A DNA stretch of 64,000 bases, from the NCBI GenBank assembly GCA_965113315.1, contig OZ220374.1; one strand, written 5' to 3'. Both the position numbers and the translations under genes were made by a program. The notes under the pieces were generated by a model, which saw nothing but the letters and a program-made list of their open reading frames with translations, was not told where the DNA came from and searched no databases. The stretch is from Podarcis vaucheri (Eukaryota). Of this stretch, positions 11,450 through 49,254 are shown in pieces (position 1 is the first letter of the stretch; every line of letters starts with the position of its first letter).

Positions 11450-12860
11450 GGCAAGAGGGAGGCGTTGCGCAAGAGTTGCCTCAGCCCTTGGCCAGAGACT
11501 TCTGGCGCGAGGAACAAACTAGGCGCAGCCCCAAAGGGAGCTGCTCGGGCTCCCCATCTGGGCAACGGGAAGAAGGACGGGCTACCTCACGGGGCTGCTG
11601 TGAGGAGGAAGCCCCCTTGGGAAACGAGGAAGCTGAAGCGGGCGCCTTCTGCTTCCTCCAAGGCGGAGGCCGCCTCCCCTCCCGCCTCCCCGGGCAACTC
11701 ACCCCACGTTGGCGGGGCGCTCCGTCGGCGGCGGCTCGGCGCTCTCGCTGTCCGAGGCCGAGGAGCAGGAGGAGGCCGAGGACGACGACGACGACCCCGA
11801 GGAAGCGGACGAGGCCGAGCAGGCGCTGGCGCTGTCGGTGGCGTCCGAGTCGCAGGCGCGCTGGGCGGCGCGGAGGCGGGCGGTGGCGGAGGCGGCCAGC
11901 TGCCGCAGCTCCGGGCCCAGCGCGGGCGGAGGAGGCGGCGGCGGAGAAGGCGCCTCGGAGCCCGTCCGCCCGGCCACGCTCCGCGCCAGCCCGGCCAGCT
12001 GCTGCCGGACGTGCCGCTCCACCTGCCGGGCCTGCAGCGCCCGCAGGCGGCGGCACAGGCTCCGCGCCCGGCCCCACAGAGAGGCCTGCCGGGCCCGCGC
12101 TTCCGCCTGGCGCTGCCGGCGACTCTGCGGACGCCACGGCGGGCCGCTCGCCTCAGGCGCAGCCGCCGCCGCCGCCGCCATGGCGGGCCCGGTCGCAGCA
12201 GCCGCCGCCGTCGCCATGAAGGGAGCCGTCGCCTCGGGGCAGGCCGCTCCGCCTCAGCAGCCGCCGCCTCCTCAGCGCCTCAGGGCGGTCCGGGACTCTC
12301 CATGGACTCCCGGCCGGGACAATACGAGCTCGCCCGAGACGGCGCGCGCGCGCCCGGCCCAGATATTTCCCTCCCAGCCCGCGCCTCAGCCGCGGCGCAC
12401 GCATGCGCGTAGGAGCGGGCCGTCGCAGCAAGCCTCTCTCCTTTCTCTCGAGCGCGCGCGCGCGCCAAACACTCGAGTTGCTGACAGAGCGCGGCCGCCG
12501 CAGCCGATAGAGGGCGGTCGCAGCCGTCTGCGCCTGCGCCCCGCAGCCTCTTTCCCCCCCCACTACTCGCCATCTTGTTACCACGTGAGCACCGGGCGTC
12601 GCTGCTGCTCACGCGCCAACGCGCGACCCTCCCATATTCTCTCTTCCGAGGCAGCAGGAGGTGGAAGGGAAGCTCGGGGGAGACGCATGCGCACAACCGT
12701 GGCCCTGCGCGCCCAGCCTTAACCCAAGCGTTTCCCGCGGGCGCCTGCGCAGTAGCCGCCGCAATTACAAATCAACGCAGGAGCCGTCATTGCTGTTACT
12801 ACGCGTCCTGGGCTGCATTCTCACGAGCATGTTTTCTAGTTCCAGGCGCGCCTGGTTTCA
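11450..12860 (-). promoter_or_regulatory. CpG island / promoter of the KANSL1-like gene
   Basis: Very CpG-rich; NRF1-like CGCATGCGC at 12400 and 12684, YY1-like CAAGATGGCG (- strand) 12568-12577, E-box CACGTG 12582-12587. Confidence 0.75.
11703..12217 (-). CDS. KANSL1-family (NSL complex subunit 1-like) gene, first coding exon; gene continues leftward beyond the window
   Basis: RARSLCRRLRALQARQVERHVRQQLAG and LRAAQRACDSDATDS resemble human KANSL1 [27 protein letters not shown] and LRCSEQAFDSDVTDS (recalled); strong donor GG|GTGAGT at 11703/11702, phase 2. Confidence 0.8.
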
Positions 12861-15005
12861 AACTGCAGCTTAACAAAACACGCAGCTCCAGCGTCTCCCA
12901 GATGCGCACAACAGGCAGGAATTCAGCAGGTGGAGCCTTACCCCAGAAGCATTTCCTCCTGATTTTCTATTATGCATCTGCCAGTAAAATGAAAAATGGC
13001 TCTGCAGGTCAAAGGGGGACCTTATCAATATTTTAATCAATCAAACAAGACATATTAGAATCATAGAATTCATACTTTATCCACTATGGTAATGTAACCC
13101 AACCGCCTGCAATGCAGAAATCTTTTGCCCAATTCAGGGCTCCAACCCAAGACGCGGAAAATGAGTCTCAGACGCTACAGACTGAACTATCCCAGGCATA
13201 AAGAGGACAGGCAAATCAAAGCCAGGAAACCAACCCAAACATTCAAGCTTTAAGCAAGCTAACCTTTTTATAGAATACACAGCAGAATGGGGAGAGTTAT
13301 TCCTGAAAATAAATTAATTTTACCACTGAATACTTGCTTGTGGGCATCTTACCCCTTTTTCACAAAGCCCCAGTGCCTGGACAACCTTCTACTGATTTTT
13401 AAATGGCAAGGTGTTACACAGACCCAAGAAGCTGCCAACTGCTGACCACAGCATTCAAAGGCTTTTCTTTCTCAGTCTTTAGACTAATGTCAACACATTA
13501 GCAAATGAGGTTAATGGCAGGTACCCCTATCCTCATCTCTTAGGTTACAGGGACAAGCTGAAACAACTTTTATATTTCCAGGAGGGGAAAAGAAGCAAGG
13601 TTAGAAGTTAAAGAATATAGTATACAATTTTTCATATACATACTCAAGCCAAGGGCTTGTCTGTATTCACGAGAAACCACATTTGTCAGGCTCCCTCTAT
13701 ACTAACCAAATTGAACTCAGAGTTTTGGAATCACTGCAATAGCATATATCTGTATGAAGGGCAATATACAAACCTCGTGCTCATAAAAAATAAAAACATT
13801 ACAATGTGATCTTGAGCACTGTTACTTGGAGGAAAGTTCAGTTGAATTCCGTGAATCTTACTCCCTGCAAAAAGTGGTTAGAACTGCAGCCTTAGCCTTT
13901 AATATACTACAAAATTTAAAGGTTTTCCAAGCACTAAGAGCTCCTGTGGCACAGTGGGTGGTGTGGTAGTCTAGGCCCTTGAAGACCAGAGTTCAAATCT
14001 ATCCTCAGCTATGAAGCTCACTAAATGAGCTTGGACCCTTCACCGTGTCTCAGCCTAACCTTTCTCGGGAGTGTTGTTGTGAGGACAGAATGGAGAGGAA
14101 CAGCAAGGGAAAGGTACAAGATTAAGATACAAGGTAAGTCACATTTCTACAAATTCTGAAAACAATATAAATGCTACCGATTAGCATGTATTAACTATGC
14201 ACAGCAAAGCAGCAACTAATACTCAGCACAAAGTATATAATAAGCATGGTACATTGCCTGCACTCATTTAGATTGTCATAGTATGCATAACTTTTCAAAA
14301 ATGCTGAAATGTGGCAGAAAAATAAGAATGTGGCTCCGAAGAGTGCTTCATCTGGCCCTTCTTTCCTCACTTTTAAGTATATTATTGCAAGTTATATTCT
14401 GGCAGACATTTCTGGTGGAGGCACCAAAACAATATGTTACTATGTTGCTGCAGTTTGCTGGCGTATATAATTTTGTTCCCATTATTGTTTTGTTCCCATT
14501 ATTGCTCATTTTAGATTGTATTTTAGTTTGTTTGGTTGCTGTATCTTTTTAAAATAAGAGAACCTGTTTCAAATTAAGATTCCTGCAAACTTCACTCAAT
14601 GCAGATGAAATTAAAAATGAAGAATGTTCATTAGCACTGCGTGGAGTTTGCAGGTTTCTTATTTAACCAAGTCTTGCTGTTTTGCCACACTCCTCTTCAC
14701 ACATCCCTCATTGTAACAGATATACAGTAAGCAGGAACTGAAATCCACAACCAAACACTCACAGAAGAGGTGTTCAAATTGCAGCAGAGTGTTGGCCATT
14801 ACTATGTCTACAACCTAAAGCTCCAATTTGCTCATCCCAGGCTATCTGAAGAACTGCATCCTCCCATACGAATCTGCCCAAACTCTGAAACCTGCTTACT
14901 TGGCACTAACTTCCCTTGAACTTGGATTTCTGAGTAAACATGCATAGTGGTGGGCTGTACGAATACATGCCAAGACCATTAGGGAGACCTCTGGGCAGGG
15001 TCTGG

Positions 15006-15223
15006 TAGCAGGCAAAATTACTCAGCTGCCTATGGGCATTGCAGCAAGTTCCTGAGAGGTGGGGAGGAGAGCTCAGCACAGTGCAGGCGCAATGGCAGGC
15101 GCATCAGATTGGCCTGCACCGCCACCAACACACTCACCCCACACTGAGCTTCCTGGGCTTCTCAATCACTGAAAGTGATGCTCAGCACTGGGAAGGCAGC
15201 TGAGTAATTTTGCCCTGCCTGTA
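15006..15223. mobile_element. Small MITE-like element
   Basis: Inverted termini GGCAAAATTACTCAGCTGCC ... GGCAGCTGAGTAATTTTGCC. Confidence 0.55.
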
Positions 15224-15463
15224 CAGCACCACAGTTCACTCCCAGCAGGAACTATACCTCTTCCTGCTCCGGTACAGCACAAACACTCAGAAACTGCTGT
15301 ATGATTGAAATCAGAAGCAGCAGTAATAAAAAGAGAAAGTGAAGAACCACCATGGGGCAGTAGATTTAGCTCTCTGCTACTCCTTTGCAGTGTCTGACTG
15401 TTCATTCTGGACGTACGTTGCAGCTCGAATACATTATTTTGGTATGATTTAAAATGGATGGGC

Positions 15464-15818
15464 GGGACACGGGTGGCGCTGTGAGTTAAACCACAGAGCC
15501 TAGGACTTGCCGATCAGAAGGTCAGCGGTTTGAATCTCCGTGACAGGGTGAGCTCCCGTTGCTCAGTCCCTGCTCCTGCCAACCTAGCAGTTCGAAAGCA
15601 CATCAAAGTGCAAGTAGATAAATAGGTACCAGTCCGGCGGGAAGGTAAACGGTGTTTCCGTGCACTGCTCTAGTTTGCCAGAAGCGGCTTAGTCATGCTG
15701 GCCAGATGACCCAGAAGCTGTATGCCAGCTCCCTCGGCCAGTAAAGTGAGATGAGTGCCGCAACCCCAGAGTCAGCCACGACTGGACCTAATGGTCAGGG
15801 GTCCCTTTACCTTTACCT
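15464..15818 (+). mobile_element. Sauria SINE, full length
   Basis: Head and (ACCTTT)n tail; TSD AATGGATGGG at 15453-15462 and 15821-15830. Confidence 0.92.
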
Positions 15819-16165
15819 ATAATGGATGGGTAGCTCCAAAGGGAGTGAAGGAAAAGGGTATCCTGTCTTTGGGTCTCTCCTTCGGGATGTGACAAGAGGG
15901 AGGGCACTTCCCGTGGGCAACTGATTGAGGATAGGCTTTGATAATAGTTGACATATTAGAACCTGGCCAGGGTGAGGGTGGAAATGCGAATTAAGGTGGC
16001 TTCTAAGTGAGAAGGGGAATGCTGGGAAGCTGTGTCCACAGAAAAGGCATGAATGCAGCTCAATACAGCTCATGATGTGGCTGATGGGTATTTAGTGATT
16101 GTGTCACTTTATAGTATTGATTTACCATGTTTCTTGTATTTTTATTTTAACTTTGCTTTGTATTA

Positions 16166-16415
16166 CAGTGGTACCTTGGTTTAAGAACAGTTTAGTTTTT
16201 GAACAACTTGGATTAAAACTGGAAACTGCAAAACTCGAAGTAGGTGTTTGTGAACTTTGCCTTGGAAGCAGAACATGTTCCGCTTCCTGTCGAGTGTGTT
16301 CCATTTGTAAATTGAGTCCCCCGCTGGTATAGGAAAGCACGCCTTGGTTTAAGAACGCTTTGGTTTAAGAATGGACTGCTGAAACGGATTAAGTTCGTAA
16401 ACCAAGGTACCACTG
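16166..16415. mobile_element. Tc1/mariner-type MITE
   Basis: TIRs CAGTGGTACCTTGGTT / AACCAAGGTACCACTG with TA on both sides. Confidence 0.88.
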
Positions 16416-17299
16416 TACAATGTTGTTCACCTCATTGGGGGGCTTTGGGCCAAAAGGTTCTATAGAAATAAACCATAGCGTGTGACGTAGAAGGCATTCC
16501 TGTGAGAGGCTTAATATTCTTAAGGATTCTTACCGTCATGTTACTCCCCTTTCTGACTCGTCCATTTTTGAAGGTCTGGAAGAATTGCGGCACTGCACTG
16601 CAATCCAGGATGAGGCCTTCAAAACAAGCTCCTCCAACTTCAGGTGCATGTTTAATCTGGGGGGAAAGTGATTCCAGGGTTTGAAAGAAATGCACAGAAC
16701 CATAATTTTTCTCAGGACCAATAAATATAAAAAGAAAGTTGTAAGGACCATAATTTAATTAAAGCCATGGAAAATCCTGAGCTCAAAGAAAGAAGGATGC
16801 ACAGCAAACATTTCAACACGAGCGAGTTCCAGAGTTTAACTCAGCACTGTGTACAGTACTCCCTTTTATGTTTCCTGAACCTTCCAACATACACCTGAAC
16901 TGGCTGTAACAATGTTGGAGCGTTAAATGTTACCGCTAATCTTCATGCCAATAAGGGGATTTTGTTTGTTTGTTTGATACAATTCATATGCCACTTGATT
17001 GTATAAAAAAATTACTACAGCTCAAAGTGGTTTATGCAGACATAAAACAATAAAAACGGGGGGGGGGGGTTGCAGCTTTATTTTGAAACGTAAAAAAAGT
17101 TAAAATACGAAAACAGATTAGAGCCGATCGACCTGCTAAATTTCTGCCTGCCACTGCTGAGGGACCTTCAACACCCCACTCGGCCCTTACGTGCGACCTT
17201 CTCTCCACCTCAGCCTATCTCACAGAGGGGTGGTTGTTGCTGTTGTTGTGGGGGCTATTCCTACCAGGCTTTTATTTTATTTTATTACTACCAGACTTT

Positions 17300-17420
17300 T
17301 AGAAGGCAGCCCTGTTTAGGGAAGCTTTTAATGTTTGCTGTATTACAGTATTTTAATATATTTTGGAAGCCGCCCAGAATGGCTGGGGAAGCCCAGCCAG
17401 TTGGGGGCTATAAATAATAA

Positions 17421-17466
<46 letters not shown>
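17300..17466 (+). mobile_element. L2 3' end with (TTA)n microsatellite
   Basis: Matches the 3' end of the L2 at ~6990-7100. Confidence 0.7.
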
Positions 17467-17467
<1 letters not shown>

Positions 17468-17499
17468 AAAGAGGTGGGGGAGAGGGCCAAACCCACGTA

Positions 17500-18480
17500 C
17501 GCCGCCTCGCGCTCCTTGGGGAAGGGGGGGGGATGTAAAGCGAAATAAATAAATAAGGAAGAAGGGAAAAGGGAAAAGGAAAAGAGAAGCAGGCGGCAGC
17601 CCGTCAGGTGAAGCCCAGACAGTTGTAGGCGGGGGGGGGGGACTGAGGGGAGGCGAGTCCCGGGGGAAGGAGAAGGGGCGCCTCACTCACTCACTCACTC
17701 ACCGGCAGAGGCCCGGAGGCGGCACCGGCCTCCTCCTCCTCCTCCTTCTCCTCCTCTCTCTCCGGGCCTGCCCGTCACCTTCCGCCTTTCCCCTCCAAGC
17801 CCCGCCCCCCGCCGCCTCCCATTGGCGTGCTCCGTTGCCTTGGAGAGACGCGAGCGCCCTCCTCTCGCCCCGCCCCTCCCTCCCGCCTAAAGCCCCGGCT
17901 GCGCTTCCTTCCTTCCTCCTCGTCTCCGCTTCCGCTCAGGGACCGGAAGCCGTATCGGCTTGCGCCGCGCGGGGCCTGCCGGGAGCCGTAGTCCCGGCGC
18001 CCTGAGAGGGAAAAGAGCGAGCCGGCCGGCCAGTGAGGGAAACCAGCGACCCACCCACTCGCCGCCTTCGCCCGCTCCCGCCCGCCCGCCCGCCCGTTCC
18101 GCGCAGCCGCCGCGGCCTCGCGCTCCTCCTCCTCCTCGCCCGCCCCCCGGCCAGAGCGGCGAAGAGCAGCGGCGCGAAGGAGGTCGGTGGCCCGTGAGGG
18201 AGGAGGGAGAAAGAAGGAGAATAGGCGGCGGCGGCGGCGAAGAGGGAAGGAAAGGAGCGGGCGCCGCCGCCGCCGCTCGTCAGGGAGGGAGGGAGAGGCG
18301 GACGCAGCTGCCGTGAGGCGCTTCGAGGCGGGGGGGGGATAAATGGGAGGAGGGGGATGCGCAGAGGAGAGGGGGGGCTGTGAGGGGGGAATTAGGGGGA
18401 GGGGTTGGATGTGGGGGGGGAGCAGGCCGAGGGGGACCGTGGTCTTGGCGGTGAATGGCGGGGTGGGCGTGGAGAAGAGA
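17500..18480. promoter_or_regulatory. CpG island; probable bidirectional promoter (upstream DHX30 promoter plus a - strand first exon)
   Basis: GC boxes, ATTGG at 17821, CCGGAAG at 17943, ZNF143/THAP11-like GGACTACGGCTCCCGGCAGGC (- strand, 17974-17994); - strand donor CCG|GTGAGT at 17703; candidate + strand donors GTGAGG near 18194 and 18313. Confidence 0.75.
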
Positions 18481-20911
18481 TGCTTCTTTGGGGGGGGGGG
18501 GAGTGAGAGAAAGAGAATCCGCACGAAGGATGTTTTTTTGGGGGTGGGGTGGGGGGCAGTGACAGGTGTTTGGTCCTGCAATGGGACGACGTTTGCTTGC
18601 AAGGGGGCGCTTTCTCCGTTTTTCCTCCTCGCAACGACAGCCCCGTGAGGTGGGCCAGGCGGAGAGGCAGCCGCTTAGCCCTGCTCCTCATGGTCTGGGA
18701 TGCGACGCTTGGAAGAAGTGGCCAGGCTCCGGATGGATTGGAGGAGGTCTGGGGGGCTTGGTCTGGGGAGAGGGGCCCTCGGGATGGGAGCGCTGTAGGT
18801 GTGTCTGGCGAAGGGATGTTGGTGAGTCTGGCATGGCGATGGAGGTAATCCTAAGAACTGGACCCAGGGTCTGGAGACAGTGGCTTGGCTAGTGATGGAG
18901 GCGAGGTGATGTTGGAAAGAGTGAGAGTAGGGTTGGTGGTCCTGATGCTGAGGGTGACAAAGGGATGTCTTCAGATCTGATTTAACAGCATCAGAGGTGG
19001 GAAGAGCCATGGTTCCGGTGGCAGGAAGGGAGGGTGGTAGTTTGGCAAAAGTTAGTTTGGCAGCTGCATGGATTTCAGTGGGTTGTTGGGAGCGTAAGAT
19101 TTTCTGGATACTGGGTACTGCCTTCTGGAGCAGAATTCTGCTTAAGGCAGTACCCAGCCAGGTGCGTCCGGATGAGTCTCAGTGTTGCTTGTAGACACAA
19201 TTCCTCTAGGTGTAAGAGGAACAGGTAGATAGGTAACAGGAGGTAGTGCATCAGATCACAAGTAGGCATCATTATAGGGGAAGAGGATGGGAGTGAAGTT
19301 GCATGGAATTGGGATGAAATTAGATTCCTGGGGTTCCAGCCTTATTTTAACACTCTCTATGTATAAAAAAAAATGTAGTAATTGCATACTAAACTTGGAG
19401 TAGCTATGATGGGGAAACTGTGAGACAGCTGGCACAATGTTCTTCACTGCATGGCTCTTGAACAACAGTTGTTTTTAAGTGCCCAGCATGTCCTGGGAAT
19501 GTGTGGGCTTGACTCTGCATCGGCTCTTGGATGGGTTTGCAATGACAAAAGGGTGACATAGAAGAGGGCATTTCAGTGGGTACAGGGTTTTTATGCCTTC
19601 ATGGCGGCTCTCACCTACCAAAACTCTTAAATGCCACTGGGACTGGTACATCCTTTGCCTCCACTGATACTGTGATGATCCTGGAAAACATATCTTTTAT
19701 TTGACTGTTGTATGTGGGAACTCTCAGTGGACCTCCATGCGGTCAGCCTTCCTCGGGCACTATGAGAAAAAACCGAATGGACTAAATGTTGCCCAAACTT
19801 GCCCACGTCCTTCTGATCCTCCCAACCAAAGTCCCAAATTGCCATGCCTGTCTTTGGTTACGGAGAACAGCCAGTAGGGATGCTGGCTTCTTTATCAGCC
19901 TCTGCTCTGGGCCTTTAATAGTGAGTTGATGACGAAGATATTAACACAGGGACTCCAACTCTCATCAGCCCCAGACAGCATGGCTAGTGGTGAGGGATGA
20001 TGGGAGTTGTAGTCCAGCAAACGTCGGGGGGGCACCATGCTGGCAACCCCCCATTTTCAGGTGGTATGTCTTGGTATGTCTTAAAAGGCTTCATCTGCTG
20101 GTTTCCTAAAAGTAAAGCTGCAGTTAAAAGTAGAGGAGCAGTCAGGGCAGCCTGGCTTTTTTCAGGTCAGTTGCGATCCCTGCAGCTCATAAAGTCTTTG
20201 AATAATTAAGAATGTCTCTTGGGAATATCATGAGGATTTTTCAATCCCTTTGGTTATACTGAATCTTCTTTCATCCTGATAATCAGCACTACTGGTTAGG
20301 ACCAAACTGTGCTGCTTGGCTTTTCAAACTGTAAATAGCAGCTGGGATGGGGTCAGAACCACAGCAAAGTGGGGAGGCGGGTTTAACACTTTCCTTACAC
20401 TCTTTTCCCCAATGTTTTCTTTAACACCAACTAGGAACTTGGGAGGGATTTTCATGGGTACAAATGGGGGATGGGGTTGCCAAACACAAATAAGCACTGC
20501 TGCTTCTAGTTAAAGTTCTAAAAGGGAAATGTGTCACCAAGTTAAACTTTTTTATGTGGAGCTTTGCACTTGGGATGGGGCATGGCTGAGTAGTTGGACA
20601 AAAGAAAAAAGATCCCAGCATCAATCCCCATCACCTCCCTCTTTAAAGGATCTCTGTAATGAGGAGAGGGAAGTCCACTACGAATTGAGATGTATGTGCT
20701 GAGATGATGGCGTCCTTGGGCTCCTGCGATTTTGAAAAGACTGGTTTCATAGAAAAACCTCCTCCCAGAAGGTCGTTGAAAGGAAACTCACAAATCCCAG
20801 CCAATAAGCCTGACTACATGTGATAATGAGGCATTTGGCTTCCTATCTCCCTCAGAAACACAATATTTACATACAAGTTCTGGTTGGACGGTTGCTTAAA
20901 ATTTTAGTTAC

Positions 20912-21285
20912 AGGTAGGTAGCCGTGTTGGTCTGCCGCAGTTGAAACAAAATACCAACTAAGTTTGTTATTGGTATGAGCTTTTGTGTGCATGCACACTT
21001 CTTCAGATACAGTGGTACCTCAGGTTAAGTACTTAATTCGCTCCTGAGGTCCGTTCTTAACCTGAAACAGTTCTTAACCTGAAGTACCACGTTAGCTAAT
21101 GGGGCCTTCCACTTCTGCTGCGCCGCCGGAGTACAATTTCTGTTCTCATCCTGAAGCAAAGTTCTTAACCCGAGGTACTATTTCTGGGTTAGCAGAGTTT
21201 GTAACCTGAAGCGCATGTAACCCGAGGTACCACTGTACTTAGTTGGTCTCTAAGGTGCTACTGGAACGAATTTTTTTATTTTGCT
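20912..21285. mobile_element. Penelope-like remnant with degenerate hammerhead (20973-21010, - strand), interrupted by a MITE
   Basis: Reverse complement GUAU CUGAAGA A GUGUG-CAUG-CACAC AAAA GC UC AUAC; ACCAACTAAG occurs inverted as CTTAGTTGGT on the other side of the MITE. Confidence 0.55.
21010..21235. mobile_element. Tc1/mariner-type MITE
   Basis: TIRs CAGTGGTACCTC / GAGGTACCACTG, TA TSD; same family as 35532-35749 in the opposite orientation. Confidence 0.88.
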
Positions 21286-21379
21286 TAAAATTGGTTAGAC
21301 TCTCCTTGATACATTTCATCTTTCCTATCTCTTCTCCCTCTTGTTTTTCCAGGAACTGGACCATTTTGCTCTCCCAGCG

Positions 21380-47024
<25,645 letters not shown>

Positions 47025-47100
47025 ATCTCCCGGCAGCGGCCCAAGGATCTGGACACGGGGACTTGTAATTTGTAAAAAGATGTTGACAAATGTTTATTTA

Positions 47101-47106
47101 AATAAA
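47101..47106 (+). terminator. DHX30: DHX30 polyadenylation signal AATAAA
   Basis: First AATAAA, ~77 nt after the stop, preceded by U-rich sequence containing TGTA. Confidence 0.7.
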
Positions 47107-49254
47107 GTTCTATTTATCCCTTGTGACATCTCTCTCCGTCCTGGAGGATTCCTAGCGCCTGCTCATCCGCTGCAGCCTCTGGCAGCCCGCGGCGGTTGGG
47201 GAGAAAGCGCACCAGCTGCTTGCCTGCCAGCGAGGATGCCAGTCTGCAAGTCCCGAGGCCCCGAAGGACAGTGCGGCGGATGGCGGCCCCTCACTCTTCC
47301 TGGTCTTGTGTGTTCTGCCCCCGTAGTGGGGGCGGTCCCACGTAGAAGGATGGATTTCTCACATGGAGGAACGGAGCATCTTCATGCGTCTCCTGGTTTT
47401 GAAGGTGTGAGAAAGCGAGCTCACGTAGACACTCCTCAAGTGTGCAGGAGTTGATGTTGCACTTAGAACAGGGGGACACAAACACCCCATCCTGTTCCCC
47501 TTGCCAGCCAGAGGATGAGCGGTCGCTCCAGGATGGGGCGATGGCATGTCGCACTTGGGAAACTTTTGTCATGCACTTTTTGAAATGAAATGGAAAATCC
47601 CTTTTGCTCTAGGTGAACCGGATTCGGTGCAGAGGTAACCCCACTCTCTGTTGGCTGGCTGGGGAGGGGGGCGGCATTGTTGCCTCTTGTCCTCTCCTTC
47701 CTGGAGCTGCTGGTGGAATGTGGCTTTGCTTAGGTGTCAGGGGCTGCTTCGTTCCTGGGAGGAGATCTTGGGCTACCGTATAGCGGGGTCTTGAAGCCAC
47801 TGTTCGCCCACTTGTGGTACACCAAGGGAAGCCTCAAGCTCTGGCAACATTGGCTTACTGAAAATGGGGAGCTGTTGTCTCTCCAGCTATGGGGTGGCTG
47901 GGACCAGTCTGTCAATAGGAGCTCTTCTCCTTTCCTGACCTCTTCAGCGGTCAGCAACAACCACAGTCACATGGCATGAGCTCCCAATTCTTCCCTGATC
48001 TGCTGTTCTGAGTCTCCCCCTGCTTGCAGTTCTTGGGCTCACCCGGTGTCTCAGTCCACACCCCTTATGTTTTAAATGTATGCCAAGCAGAGGGCAAATG
48101 TGGCCTAGGAAGGCTAGCCCAGGGGCACTCTCAAGATCAGTCGGGTTGATACTCCTGCTCAATATCTCCTGCAGGGATGACCTGAAGGAGCAAGGCAAAC
48201 TGCTGGGCAGGGCGGGGTGGGGGGGTGGAGAAGAGAGAGCTTCTCGTTGTTTCTGTACTGCTCCTTGCCAGCTTGATGGATCAGTTGCTCAACTTCAGAC
48301 AGGTGAACATTTCTCTCTCGGAAGGGAGCATGCTAAACCTGGTACCCCATCACAGCAAGTGTACTATAGTCTTCAAAGACCCAGGCTGCGAGAGGGATGC
48401 CCAGCTTTGAGCACAGCAGAAGCAGCCACACCCAGTTTGGAAAAGGGAGCTTCCAGCAAGTTTGAGCTAGATTGTGTCCTGGGGTCTGTACCTGTCTTCC
48501 ACCCCACCTTGGACCACTTTGACATCTCCATGACGCACGCTCTTGCCTCTTGACCAGTGGGAATGTGTTGCTTTTTCTTAGAGGAGAGGAAAGGTGGATG
48601 TGTTTGGTTCCCTTTCTATGGGAGGGGAGACCCCAAAAGCGGGGAAGAAATGGCTCTGAGCTGGTCTGTGACTGATGTTGGGGAAGTTCAGTGGCTATTA
48701 AACATGGTATTGGACCTTTTTACAACCTCGTCTAAAGAAAATAAAAACAGGGATAAAAACAGCCACTGCCTTGACTCTTTTTGTTGACTGGCAGGGTGAA
48801 TGAATGTGTGCGTCCCCCACTTTTCCCTTTAGGTAGAAACCCCATCCTCTTCCCTTGTCAACTGAGCAACAGTTTTTGGGGGCTTGGGTTTCTGTGAGGT
48901 GCGCATGAGTGCTTTCAGTTTCCCAACCTTTCAGCTTCCATTCTGTCTTCCAAAATGGAAGTGTGGGGGCATGATTTTATGGGGTGTCGTGGTTCCTAGG
49001 CTGGGAAACCCTTTAGCTATGGTTCCTGCCTTGCAGAGGGTTGGACTAGATGGCCCTTGGAGACCCTTCCAAATCTACAGTTCTGTGATTCCATGTCCGT
49101 GATGCCAGCTGTGCCTCTGGCTGCCCTTGTGAACACAGCGGGCCAGGAAAACTGGCCTTGGCCCAGTTCAGAAACAGATCTCCCCCTGGGCCTAGGGTCT
49201 TATCCCAGACTGTCTCTGCCCCACCCTCACCTTGATTGCTCAATGCAAAGTAAA

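Noticed and set aside
11252-12722. Long + strand ORFs (386, 279 and 337 aa)
   Set aside because: Low-complexity frames of a GC-rich island antisense to the KANSL1-like exon; no recognisable domain.
17775-18691. Several ORFs over the CpG island
   Set aside because: Stop-poor GC-rich sequence with no homology or exon logic.
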